From Neocallimastix sp. 'constans' (lineage: Eukaryota): 64,000 nt of DNA. Positions 31,901 to 44,727 of the stretch are shown in pieces (within the stretch, counting starts at the first letter, position 1; each line of letters opens with the position of its first letter). Made by a program: the position numbers and the translations under genes. The DNA lies in assembly GCA_050613775.1 (NCBI GenBank), contig JBODTK010000012.1, positions 1,426,001 through 1,490,000 of the forward strand, written 5' to 3'. The notes beneath the pieces were generated by a model that was not told the origin of the DNA, made no database searches, and saw only the letters and a list, made by a program, of their open reading frames with translations.

Positions 31901-33442
31901 GTTCCAATTACAATATCTGGATTAGATATGGAAAAGATTGAAGGTGCCAAGAAAGAAATTCTTGAAAAAGCAAGTACTCTTGTTACTATTCCACTTACCG
32001 AACTCCAATACTTATATGTTATGAATAATCAACAATTTAGCAAGAATCGTAGACAAAATGGTGTATTTGTTAACTATGCTCCAGGAAAGATTAGTATTAA
32101 TGGTGATAAGAAATCTGCTGAAGCCTACAAGGAAAATACTGAAAAGAAGCTTAAAGAAATTGCTAATTACAAGGAATTCAAGCAATTAACTTTAGATTCA
32201 AGTGTCTGTTCATTAATTATTGGTCGTGGTGGTAGCAATATTAATCGTTTAGAAAAGGAAACTAAATGTAGAATTCTTGTTAACTCCTCAAGAGATGGTG
32301 AAGAAAAAGAAAATAATGTCTTAATTCTTGCTAAAAATTCAGAAGAATTAAGTGTTGGTGTTAAGGCAATTCAAGATATTAACAACAGACATCAAAATGA
32401 GGTTACTATGAAGCTTGATGTTCCAAACCATCTACATGGACGTCTTATTGGTGCTAAAGGTAAAAACTTAGAAAGTATTAAGAAGGCTTCTGGAAAGTCA
32501 GTTCGTATTAACTTCCCACCAAGAAACCACTCTAAAAGTAATACTATTGAAATTGTAGGAGACAAGAAAGAAGTTAAAAAATGTATTGAATTAATAGAAA
32601 AGAATGTTGAAGAGTTAAAGAGAGAATTCGGAGATGATGAAGAAGAAAGTGCTAGTGAAGTTTCTTCCACCAATATTGAAGAAAACAAAAGCAATAACGG
32701 TCAAAGACATATTCCAGGTTATAGTGAAAAGAAGATTAATATCTTAAAGTCGTCTGATGTTTTAGTTGACGAATTAGCTAATGCTATGAACTATTTAGGT
32801 ATTCGTAACTATCAACAAAAGGAAACAGAAGAAAGTGAATGGAAGGTAATTGGAAAGAAGAAGAATACAACAGCTAATGATGAAGATGATGCTGAAGCAG
32901 ATTCTGAAATATCTGCTGCTAAGAAGAAGAAGAACAAGAAGAAGAACAAGAAGAAGAAGGCTGCTGAACAGAAGGCCAGAGAAGAAGCTGAAGCTGCTGC
33001 CGCTGCTGAGGCTGAAAGACTAGCAAGAGAAGAAGCTGAAAGAAAAGCAAAGGAAGAAGAAGAAGCCGCACTAGCTGCTGCTGCTGCCGAAGCTGAAGCT
33101 GCACTTGCTGCTGGATCAGAAGAACAAAAGAAGAAGAAAAAGAAGAATAAGAAGAAGAAGAATGCAGCCGCTAAAGCTGAAGCTGAAGCTGAGGTTGAAT
33201 CTTCTTCAGTTGAAGAAAGAGAAGTTGCTCCAGCTCCAGTTGTTGAAGAAAAGCCAGTTGAAGATGAATGGATTTCAATTCCAACAAAGAAGCAAACTAA
33301 CAAGTCAAAGAAGAACAATGACAATACAACTCAGGTTTCTGCTGCTTCTGTCAACGCTTTTGCTAATCTTAATGATGACGGTGCTGAAAAGAAGAAAAAG
33401 AAGAAGAATAAGAAGAAGAAGAATAACAATGCTGATAACTAA
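28940..33442 (+). CDS. SCP160: Vigilin (Scp160/HDLBP family) multi-KH RNA-binding protein, 1500 aa
   Basis: A dozen or more tandem KH GxxG loops (IVGQKGANI, IVGPKGKNL, IIGKNAKNI, LIGTGGSAI, LIGAGGKNI, IVGPKGAVI, IVGTKGSNI, IIGRGGSNI, LIGAKGKNL) and an N-terminal FPAL motif. Single coding exon, with a probable 5' UTR intron at ~28379-28921. Confidence 0.93.
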   Translation: MEPISDIPQELEDQYEVVDSSSPKKTPKINSFDESFPALPTSGKSVGNRSVKPYKPLYNNTVIENFSISSADLKKEVIGGSKTSEVCNKVKKNIPVQIDVSIQNKSGTVTIILKGKEKDVKAAKREIYSGICAEVVDYFPFPYSVRRYIVGQKGANIKAIMADTKTNIEMPQRLPNEDEIDDEEEQNLKISGDRIGIELAKESIEKIINKYANRYRQTIKIPRSYHMIIAGPDNSNLQLIQEETGAKVRIPPYIVNEKAFDPEEISVTGTKAATTLALEKIKSIYEELKRKTDELVFTCNKKQHQFIVGPKGKNLQDILKSTGCGVELPLPKEKSDRIIIRGPPENLPVALKLITEKANSQFIEDINISEFVSDPSNYHFFRKYLYTKEWQNIKALEEKYSVTINIRENQNSPNNLEVNGKNKKNTEAAAKAFADSLKKCKTFEYDTIEIPHGVHSHIIGKNAKNINKIKSKYDDKLVDIIIPNEKEESDEIIIIVDGKNMAKGSITNLLDQVKNDINESADKLAHMVTQTIEIDPKYHGSLIGTGGSAIKELRAKYNNTIMVRFPQKDAKGNDSTITVSGPEKDVIEAINDLKAAVESQKHFDFMNRFSEVVTIGKGIGRRIVGGAHVQNWLVEALKEKVGNKHEITDEELNMMRFDIKEENDKDVITCTGHRNLIPYVVKLVSERAKEILDTVNVDIDVDNKYHSLLIGAGGKNINEIKKKFNVQFFFPNKIDEDDEDYEEKIKSRNQNKITIRGLKGDVEKAKKEVLDQVKGIIERSHEISFEVPRLVIGKIVGPKGAVIGKIKEDTNTRIDFDDDEEDEIDEEGDVKIVIKGTKKDCEEAKKQIKRIVDESSIVLTREVEAPRDVHRALNTRFRSHMDAIATKYSVGNDKVRFNFPYGFEEGEELNKVFVRAPREHIDECVEAFKKLVEKAIEDVNNRVSIEISVPRTDLARIVGTKGSNINEISRKYEVSIDMHRDFSDSDMVPITISGLDMEKIEGAKKEILEKASTLVTIPLTELQYLYVMNNQQFSKNRRQNGVFVNYAPGKISINGDKKSAEAYKENTEKKLKEIANYKEFKQLTLDSSVCSLIIGRGGSNINRLEKETKCRILVNSSRDGEEKENNVLILAKNSEELSVGVKAIQDINNRHQNEVTMKLDVPNHLHGRLIGAKGKNLESIKKASGKSVRINFPPRNHSKSNTIEIVGDKKEVKKCIELIEKNVEELKREFGDDEEESASEVSSTNIEENKSNNGQRHIPGYSEKKINILKSSDVLVDELANAMNYLGIRNYQQKETEESEWKVIGKKKNTTANDEDDAEADSEISAAKKKKNKKKNKKKKAAEQKAREEAEAAAAAEAERLAREEAERKAKEEEEAALAAAAAEAEAALAAGSEEQKKKKKKNKKKKNAAAKAEAEAEVESSSVEEREVAPAPVVEEKPVEDEWISIPTKKQTNKSKKNNDNTTQVSAASVNAFANLNDDGAEKKKKKKNKKKKNNNADN

Positions 33443-34216
33443 ATGTATTCATGAAATATAAATCATCAGTATTATTTATACGATTAAATTTTTTTAAAAA
33501 ATCATATATTATATATATTAATAATTAAAATTATCATTATAATTTATTTATTAGTAATTGCAAATATATATATATGTCTTTTTTTTTTTTTTTTTTTTTT
33601 TTTATTTAAAGAGAAAGAAGATAATATAATACTCATAACATAATTAAATAATTATCTAATAATTGCAAATATATATATATATATAAAAATAAAAAAAAAC
33701 AATATTTAAAAAATAATATATAAGTATTTATTTAATTAAAAAATTAAGGAAAACAAAGCAAAACAAAAGAAAAAAAAAATGAAAAAAAAATTAAATCAAT
33801 TTTTAAATTTGTTTTTTATATATTATATATTTTATTTTAAAATTCTATTAAGTTAAAAAGGTGTTTTTTTTAATACATATTAAAAAGAATTTTTCAAGAA
33901 AAATTTAAACACTTTTTTTGTTTTAATGAATATTAAAAAAATTTTTTTTTCCTTTATTACAAGTTATTTCATTAATTTATAGACATAAATTTTTATATTT
34001 TAATTATATTTAAAATTCACCTTATTGTAAATATTTAGTATAGATAGAAGAAAATATAAAGAAATAATATATAGGAAAAAGAATATAAAAAAGAAATACG
34101 CGAGAAAATCATTAATAATATATATATTAAATATTAGAATTATAGAATTAAAAAGTAAAATAGAAAAAATTATTAAAAACCTAATTAAAGATTGATTTAA
34201 AAATTAAAAGTAATTG

Positions 34217-34251
<35 letters not shown>

Positions 34252-35097
34252 GAAAAGAAAAAAAAATATAATAAAATTTAAATCAAAGAAACAAAATAAT
34301 GAAGCAATAATTGAAATTAAAAAAAAAAAAAAAAAATAAAATTAAGTAATAAATAAATAAAATTTAAATAGGCTATGCGATAAGGTTATTAAAGAAAAAC
34401 GAAAAAAAAAAATTATAAGATGTATATATTTATTATATAATTAATAAATAATTTATATATATATTATTAAAAAAATTTTTATTTAATAAACAATTATATA
34501 ATTAAAAAAATTTTATTTAATAAACAATTATATAAAAAAAAAAAAAATAAAATAAAGTAATGTTTTATAAATATATATTATTAATTTAAATTATCAATAT
34601 TGAAGATTACATTTAATTTATAGTTTTATAATTTTTACATAATAATTAAGTATTTTCATTATTTAATTATGTTTATTATGATCATTATATTTCGAATGAA
34701 ATATTTTACGGATATTGAAATTCATTATGAAAATTTTTTTGTAATTACTAATATTTTTCAATATCAAGTAGTAATGTATATACTGTTGTCACAGATATGA
34801 ATTATATAAAATCAAGAACTGATTCTGATAATCAGTAACGAAGTGTATAATATTAATAATAATAATTTTTTGGTGCGATCTGCGGCTCTCTTTTCAGAAA
34901 TTATGCCTAAGGCAAGTACTCGTCAAGGATTGCAATTCCAACGGTATAAGCAAAAACTAGCCAGGAGCGTCAACGATGAAAATGCGGTAAGACAGGCTAT
35001 CAGGGCCAATGCCTCTGAAGGAGAAGACTATAATTTCTTTCAGATTAATCAATTCAAACCCTAATCCAGAATAAGAATTCCTTTTAAAACAGATATC

Positions 35098-36033
<936 letters not shown>

Positions 36034-36099
36034 TTTAAAAAAATAAAAAATAAAAGATAAGAATAAGAATAAATGGAGAAATACGGAAGTTTTGCTAGG

Positions 36100-36656
36100 A
36101 AAATGTTAATTATACGAGTACTCCTACGATTAGATTGATTATATACAAGAATTTTAAACTTGGATTTTTAAATTTTATTCAACGTCTATTCATTCATATT
36201 TTTTTTTTTTTTTTTTTCCTGATTGTTTATAAGAAATCATTGAACATTCATGATGATAAAGAGGAAAATTTTGATGAAAATATTAATTTTTTATATACTG
36301 TGTCTCCTTTTTTGCGGAAATGCAGTATATAAAAACTTTTAAAGATCAGTTCGAGAAAAAGGAGGCGGTCTTATTATCAATATCTTTTAATTACCTTCTG
36401 AAAGATCTTCTTTCCCGATTTTATATTATGTGGGGCTTGTGTTATTCCATACTAATATTATGTCTATCTTGTTTAGTGATTTTTACACATTGATTAATTT
36501 GTATACCATTAGTCCTACAATTGTCAAGAGCGTCGACGTCGAAACGATAAAATAAAGAAGAAATTCTGGTACAGATTCCAATGATAATTTTTAACAACAT
36601 GAAATTACCATTGATGAATGGGAAGTGGAAGAGGCCGTTTCGTCCTCGAAGCTCAT
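36100..36656 (-). pseudogene. Possible decayed membrane-protein gene fragment
   Basis: Raised GC content. Minus-strand segments MSFEDETASSTSHSSM / EFLLYFIVSTSTLLTIVGLM / IDIILVW / RLLFLELIFKSFYILHF are separated by short GT..AG-like spacers. In-frame stop present. Confidence 0.25.
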
Positions 36657-37130
36657 AATGTAGTTGTTTTAAAATTAATGTAAAAAAATTTCATGTATTT
36701 TATTCTCATGTATTTTTTTAATTAAATATTATTAAATAAAGTTTACTATTAGTCATTAAAAGAAATATGACTGGTTTTTATAAATCTTTATGGACTAATT
36801 AATCCTCTATAATTTTTGAAAAAAGAATATTTTTTAATTAAAAATTTTTGGTAATTTGAAAATATTTATATATTTTGTTTTCCTTTTTTTTTTTTTCTCT
36901 ATAATAAAAAAAGTCTTATAGAAACTATTGTATATAAATAAATTTTGAAATCTAATTTTATTAAAAATTATAAATTTTTAATTTTTAAAATAGTAAAAAC
37001 AATAATAAATAAATATATATATATAATCATTATCTTTTATTATTTTATTATATAATTAATATTAAACAAAAAAAATTTTTTTTTTCTTAATTGAATGAAA
37101 TTCTACTCATTGAGGAATTAAATAAACAAA

Positions 37131-37278
37131 ATGGTAAAAAGGTTATGTGTTAAATCTATAGATAATGCTATTCAAGATTGGGAGAATAATCCAAAAGATG
37201 ATGTACATATATCCTCTATTAATTTATTTAAATAATTTAAAGATATTTCCAAAGAATATATTTAAAATTGAATAGAAA

Positions 37279-37310
<32 letters not shown>

Positions 37311-37925
37311 TAAATAAATAAATAAAGCTTTTTAAAAATTTATATATTATGATGTATTTTCCATGTTTCGAAATCATTTTTAATGTCTTATAATTTCAAG
37401 ATATTTTATTATTATATCAAAATAAAATAGTTATTAATGTATTAATTTTATATATATATTTACAACAAATGTATGTGTATTATTATATTAATATTAAAAA
37501 ATTTTTTATAGAAATGGCTTAAAAAAGCCGAAAAATATATAAAAGAATTAGCAGACATGGATATAAATCAAGTTAAAGTAATTGTCTTTAAGTTCATTTA
37601 TTAATTGACAATAATATATATAAATATACTAAGCAATGGAAAAATAATAAATTGATAATAAAATAGCAATATACTATTTAATGATAATTAATATTATTCT
37701 TATATAAGCTTTTTTCATATCTAGCTTCTATATATTTAAAGCAAGAAAAATTTAGTAAAGCAAAAGAGGCATTTGAAAGGTAATATATATATATATACAT
37801 TTAATTTTAAAGTATATATATATATATATTTATTTATTTCTTCATTGGCTATAATTTATATAATTTTATTTTTGTAAAAATTTATTTATTTTCAATCAAA
37901 ATTAAATTAATTTACAATATTTAAA

Positions 37926-37957
<32 letters not shown>

Positions 37958-38189
37958 CACTCACAAAATATATAGATGTATTGAATTATCAAATAATCAA
38001 AAACTAAAAGAAAAATATACCATAGATGGTCAGTATTTTGATAAAATCTAAAATTTTATATACATATATATATATATATATTTTAAAAAATTCAAAAATT
38101 AAATTGCTAATATTACTATATTGAAACATCCATAAAATATACCTTTAAAATATATTAGTAATTATAACTATTATACACATTATCAACCA

Positions 38190-38224
<35 letters not shown>

Positions 38225-39120
38225 TCGAAGAGAATTGTTATGAAGCTATAAAATTATTACAAAAGTAACTACAATTATTACAATTATTACATATTAAAAT
38301 AATAATAAATAAAATTTTTCTAAAATTTTTAATTATTGGCAATTATTATATATATGTATAAATTTTAAATGTTACTAAAGTTTAAGACATTTAACAGGCC
38401 ATTATACTATACGTACTCTTCAAATGTTGGAGTTTTTTTATAGTAAAATCATTGAAAAAGAAATTAATATAGGTAAATTTAAATTTTGAGAATTTGATTA
38501 CTACTTAATTTAATTTTTTTTTTTTTTTTGTTATAAAACAACAATTGTTAAAAAGATATATTATAAATTTTATAAATTTTAAATAAAATTTTATTAAAAA
38601 AAAAGAAACAAAAGAAAAAATTTTGATTGAATTTCATGATTTATTAAATTTGCCGGAAATCTCTTTAAATTTTGACTTTCATTTTAAAATTTTAAATTCA
38701 CTTAGATATTATGATTTTGAAAGGTTTTATATATATATATATATATTTATTATTTCTTATGTACTATATGAATCATTTAATATTGAATGCATTTAATATT
38801 ATATATTATTTCTATAAATATTTTTAGTTGTTGGAGTCATATTATTAAACATTCGTGGGATTATAGAAATAATTTAGAATGGAATCAGTTAGTACGTAAT
38901 TATTTAGATTCATTTGAAACTACTTTTTGGAATGAAGTATATAATAAAAGTAAAAATAAAGAATTATTAAAACTTGAAGTTTGGGTTGAATATATTTTTG
39001 CTTTAGATAATATCATTAGAATTTATTTTGAAAAGTAAAAATATATATATTTATATATATCTTTTTAAATAGATTATTATTATAATTATTATTACTATTT
39101 TCTTTATCTTTGTTATCAAC

Positions 39121-39179
<59 letters not shown>

Positions 39180-39543
39180 GACAATAATATATAATATATA
39201 TGTATATATATTTTAAAAAATTGCTTTAATTATAGTGATAAAGAAGTTGAAGAAGAATTAGTAAAATTAATGGGTGTTATAAACAATAATATACCAACTA
39301 GTGAAGATGAATTGATAAATGAAGATAGTTTTGCTGTTAAAGAAGTAATTTTAATATTTCCCTTTTTTTTTTTTTTTTATTTTATTTCAAAAATATTCGC
39401 AGCTATGTAATTAAAAAATCATTGATAAAATATTAAACAGAATTATTAATAATATTATTTATTAAGTAAATAATCAATAATTGCTTAAATATGTAATAAT
39501 AATAATAATAATAATAATATATATATATATATATTATTATTAT

Positions 39544-39590
<47 letters not shown>

Positions 39591-40264
39591 TTTTGTTTTG
39601 CTTTGTTTATTAAAATTCTTCTAACTTAATGTAGGAATTTATGGCAAGATATAATATGCATAGTGCTATCAATGCTGAAAAAAAAATGAGAGAATGTAAA
39701 CGATGTGATAAAATATGGTATTCTACTATTAAAAAATCTCTAACTTACTGGAAATTATGCTTTGCTTGTAAGTAAATTTAATTTTTTTTAATAATATATT
39801 CATTATAGAGTTTAATAATAAAAAAAAAAAAAAAAATTTTTTTTTTATATATTTTCAATTCAATTCAATTTGAATTATAAAAAAGATCAAGAGAGTGATA
39901 TATTAAATGAATTAAAAAATTTAAACGATAAAACATTAAGAGATTCCTATCGTGAAACATCTTTAGAAGACATTACTAAGAAAATAAATCATTTAAAAAT
40001 GAGTAGTAATAGTATGATAAATAGCTTAAATTTATCTAGTATATCCATTGTAGAAACAAATAATAATCCAAAGGATACTTCAAGATTAACAAGCGTTAAT
40101 TTAGTAGATAATGAAAAAATTAGTTTTCAACAAACCTTGAGTGTTTGTGAACGTTTGAGTGATTCTTTTTATCATCTTATTTCATATATATTATGTTACG
40201 ATCTTAACTGGCTTAGTCAATCCTCAAATGAATCATCTACCAGGGAAGAGCTTGAGCTTGGTAT

Positions 40265-40301
<37 letters not shown>

Positions 40302-41165
40302 TAATAATAATAATAATAGTAAAAATATATATATATAAACAGAATAAAAAGACAAACAAACAAAAATATATATTTATAATTAATATTTTATAATTATTTT
40401 AAATAATTTTTATTAGTATTAATTAAATAGTTATTAATATATTTTAATTTAATTATATTTTATTTTATTTTATTTTATTTTATTTTATTTTATTTATTTA
40501 TTTTTTTTTTTTTTTTGTATTATTTTTACTTATATATATTTATTTATTCAATCATATAAAATTCTAAATTAATTAGAATTTATGAATGAAAAAATCCTTT
40601 TATCTTCTAATAGTACCAATATGCCAATAATTATTGATGGGCAAGAAAAACATATTTTCCTTTTCAAAGATAATCATTTAAATCTTATTTATAACAAACT
40701 TAGTCAATGTGAAAATTTTAAAGATTTTCAATTTTCATTAGAAACTTATTTTACTACAGATATTTATATTATTCATGATCCATGGGATTTAAATAAGTAA
40801 TTATATATAAAGATTTATTTTATATATTTAATATAGAATAATAATAGTAAATAATATATAATCATTAAATTTAATTAATAATATTACAGTAATCATTAAT
40901 TTTTAAACAAACAATTTTTTTTTTTTTTTCCATTCGTTATACATATAATAAAAATTTATTAGAATATTAAATATTTGTATGTGGCATATGTACGATGGTA
41001 CTTTTCAAAAGTATTTAATATATCTTTTCCCAAATATTCCACGATATTTAAATGTAAATTTAATAATTGATTTTTATATAAAACTAAATTTTAATAATAA
41101 TATATATATATATATTTATTATTTATAAATTATTAATATTTATAAATATAATCATTTTTCTTTCC

Positions 41166-41247
<82 letters not shown>

Positions 41248-41890
41248 TTTCCAAATTTAATAAGTTATCCTATTTAAATAATCAAGATACTGTTACTTTG
41301 GAAGATATTATATGCTTCTTCCTTATTCTTATTATTCAACGTCATATTAAATGTTCTCATAATAACAATTTTTTCACATCGAAAACTTCAGTAAGTCAAA
41401 CCTTTTTCCTTTCTGTTATAAAACATCCAATGGTCACCATTTCTCATAAAATAACTAAATTTTGGCATTCTTTAATTGCTACCTATGGAAGAGTAATCAT
41501 CAAATAAATTTTAATTTAATTTTATTTTTTATTTATTTATTATTTTAAATAAATAAAAATTATTGATATAAATTTATATAATTATATGTTTTTTAATATA
41601 AAATTTTTAAAAAAATTATTATTATATAGTGTAAATTAATAACTAAAAAATTTTTATTGATATATTTTTTTATAAATTTATATATATATATATATATATA
41701 TTTAATTGATTTATAGGAAAAATATAAATATTTAATTACTGATGTCTATTCATCAGAAGATATATATAAGGGCATTTTAGAAATTCGTGGTGAATTAAGT
41801 ACTTATAACAAGAGTTTTATAAAGTATATATGGGGTCTTTTAGGTCTTCATTTGATGGTAAATTTTATTTTTATAAAATTGGATAAATGA

Positions 41891-41922
<32 letters not shown>

Positions 41923-44110
41923 CAATATATATAATAATAGTAATTTTATAAATATACTATTATTATTAATAGGATATATATATGGAAAATGAAAATAATG
42001 ACCATAGTATAGAAGCTTTACATTATATGTCATTATATATAAATTCAGTGAAAGAAGATAATGTCATGGGAATAAAATCCTCATCAAATAAACAAATTGA
42101 TCCATCATCTATTTTATTTGATGAAATTTATGATGCTTCAAAATTATGGTAACGATATATTAAAATTTTTTTTTATTTTTAAATAAAAATTATATATAAT
42201 AATATTAATTATAATAAAATCAATAGTATATTAATTAAAATTTTAATTTAAATAATTATTTATTATTAAATATATTTTATATTTATATTTATTTATTTTA
42301 ATATATATATATATATGTATATGTTCAATTATTATTAATAAAAATAAATTATAATTTAATAATTAAAAAAAAAAAAGTGGAAAATATTTCTATGAATATG
42401 TTTTAATCAAATATAATACTTTAAAGGAAAAGAAATGTACTCGTTATGAAACTCTTAAAAAATCTAACAAAGTTTTATTAAATTCGTATATCAATGATTT
42501 AGACTTGTTTTCTGACCTTAAAGAAGATCAAAGTTTAATAATGAACCTTATTTCTTCATTATCCTTTCCATTTAAAAAATATAAAAATGATAGCGATAGT
42601 GACCATGATAGTGATAATGATAGTGATAATGACAGTGACAGTGACAATGACAATGACAATAATAGTGATAATGACAGTGAAAATGACAGTGAGAGTGATA
42701 GTGAGAGTGGTAGTGATGAGGGTGAAGTTGAAATTTATCAAGATCTTAAAGGACTTGAAGAAATAGAAGATAAAAAGAATGTATCAATTATTAAATCAAA
42801 TCTTTTGAACAATACTTCTCTTTCTTTTTCCTCTGATCCCCTCCCTTCTTCCTCATCTTTTTCTTCTTCTAATAAAAATCTTGAGGATCTTCTTCAACAA
42901 AATCATTTTAATGGTAAAAATCGTCTTTATCGTCAATTAAAATGTCTTCAATCCATGAATCTAAAACAACATTTAAGAGAAAAATCATCTGAATCAAAAG
43001 ATGAAAAACTAAATGTTGATAATGAGAAGCCAACTAACGAAGATACTTTATCTTTTTCTATTCGCAGTCACGATGATAAGAAATTTGAAGATCAAGATGA
43101 AGAAAATAACAATATTAATGAACATGATCATATTTATAATGATATGAAAAAGTTCAATGCGGAAAAGGAAGTTGAAGCTGAAACATCTCATGATAAAGGT
43201 TCGAGTCATACCATTAGTGATATCTTTAGTAATATACGTGATTCATCCAGTTATTTGGATGACATTTTTATTGATTCAGAAGAAGATGAATCAGACGATG
43301 ATGTTTTTGAAAAGATCTCTCGAAAACAAAAAGAAATAGATGAACAACAAAAACAACAACAGAAACACGACAAAATCAATACCAATACCAATACCAATAC
43401 CGATACCGATACCATTACCAATACCGATACTAATACCAATACCAATACCGATACCAATACCAATACCATTAACGATACCATCACCAATACCGATACCAAT
43501 ACCGATACCAAAATCAAAAACAAAAGCAAAATTAAAACCAAAGACAAAAAAAAAAACAAAAAAAAAAACAAAAAAAAAAGACAAACCAAAACCAAAACTA
43601 ATGACAATACTAGCAACAGTGCCATTAATAATGATAATAATAATGACAATAATAATAATAATGATAATAATAATGACAATAATGATAATGAAAATAATAA
43701 TGATAATACTATTAATGACAAAAATAGTGTAAATAAAAATGAAAATAAAAATGAAAATAAAAATGAAAATAAAAATATTGATAATAATGATGATGATAAT
43801 AATGAAAATAATGGTGACAACAACAAAGCTGATAACAATATCAATATCAATTCCGATGTCACTAGTGATGCCAGTACCGATGCTAATTCCTCTAACTCTA
43901 TGATGAATGAAAATACCAACAATAAATCCAATGTATGTATTTTTATTTATATAAATTTATTTATTTATATATTTATTTATTTAATATAAATATAATTAAT
44001 AAATAATTAAAATAAAATAAATATATATATATATATATATATAATTTTATATAAATATTATTTAAATTATATATAAATATATAAATTAACTTAATATTTT
44101 ATTTTTTTTT

Positions 44111-44143
<33 letters not shown>

Positions 44144-44271
44144 ATTTATTTATTTATTTTTTTTTTTTTATATCTTCTTCTCTATATTACAACATTAATG
44201 AATAGTTAACACATAAATTATCGAAAAGAATTTCTCGTCAATTAGAATTATTGAATTCTCTTAAAAAATAA
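37131..44271 (+). CDS. 18-exon ~1290-aa TPR/alpha-solenoid protein resembling the Nup358/RanBP2 N-terminal domain, followed by an acidic low-complexity tail
   Basis: Phase-consistent GT-AG exons: 37131-37202, 37512-37577, 37709-37779, 37976-38028, 38159-38264, 38387(or 38381)-38472, 38606-38723, 38828-39034, 39236-39344, 39635-39767, 39886-40260, 40577-40796, 40963-41053, 41265-41492, 41717-41857, 41973-42148, 42378-43932, 44206-44271. TPR motif LASIYLKQEKFSKAKEAFERCIEL. Collinear motif matches to RanBP2 are listed in the findings. Confidence 0.8.
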
Positions 44272-44696
44272 ATAGCCTTCCTCTAATAAATGAATAGGAT
44301 AAATAAATATACTTTAAAAATCAACATTTATACATTCTTAATAAAAAGAATCTATCTTTCAACCTATCTTTTTTATACATTTTTCATTTTCATTTTCATT
44401 TTCATTTTCATTTTCATTTTCTTTATTTTTTTATTCTTTTTTATTAAGTTTATAATATATTATAATTTTTTTTTTCCTTTCTTTTTTTTTTTTTATATAT
44501 ATAATAGCTATCATTATTAATATGATTTTTTTTATTTTTATATTTTAATAATTTTAATAATTTTTTTTTTTTATAAATTTATTCACTATATATCTTAAAA
44601 AAAAAGTGTAAATGTAATCATCATCAATAAAAATAAAGATAAAAACAATAAAAACAATAAAAATGAATGAATAAACAAAATTTTTAAATAATTTTT

Positions 44697-44727
<31 letters not shown>

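Noticed and set aside
29156..33461. Many short ORFs overlapping vigilin (likewise inside the DENN, Nup358-like and MLKL-like genes)
   Set aside because: Antisense or alternate-frame shadows of biased coding sequence.
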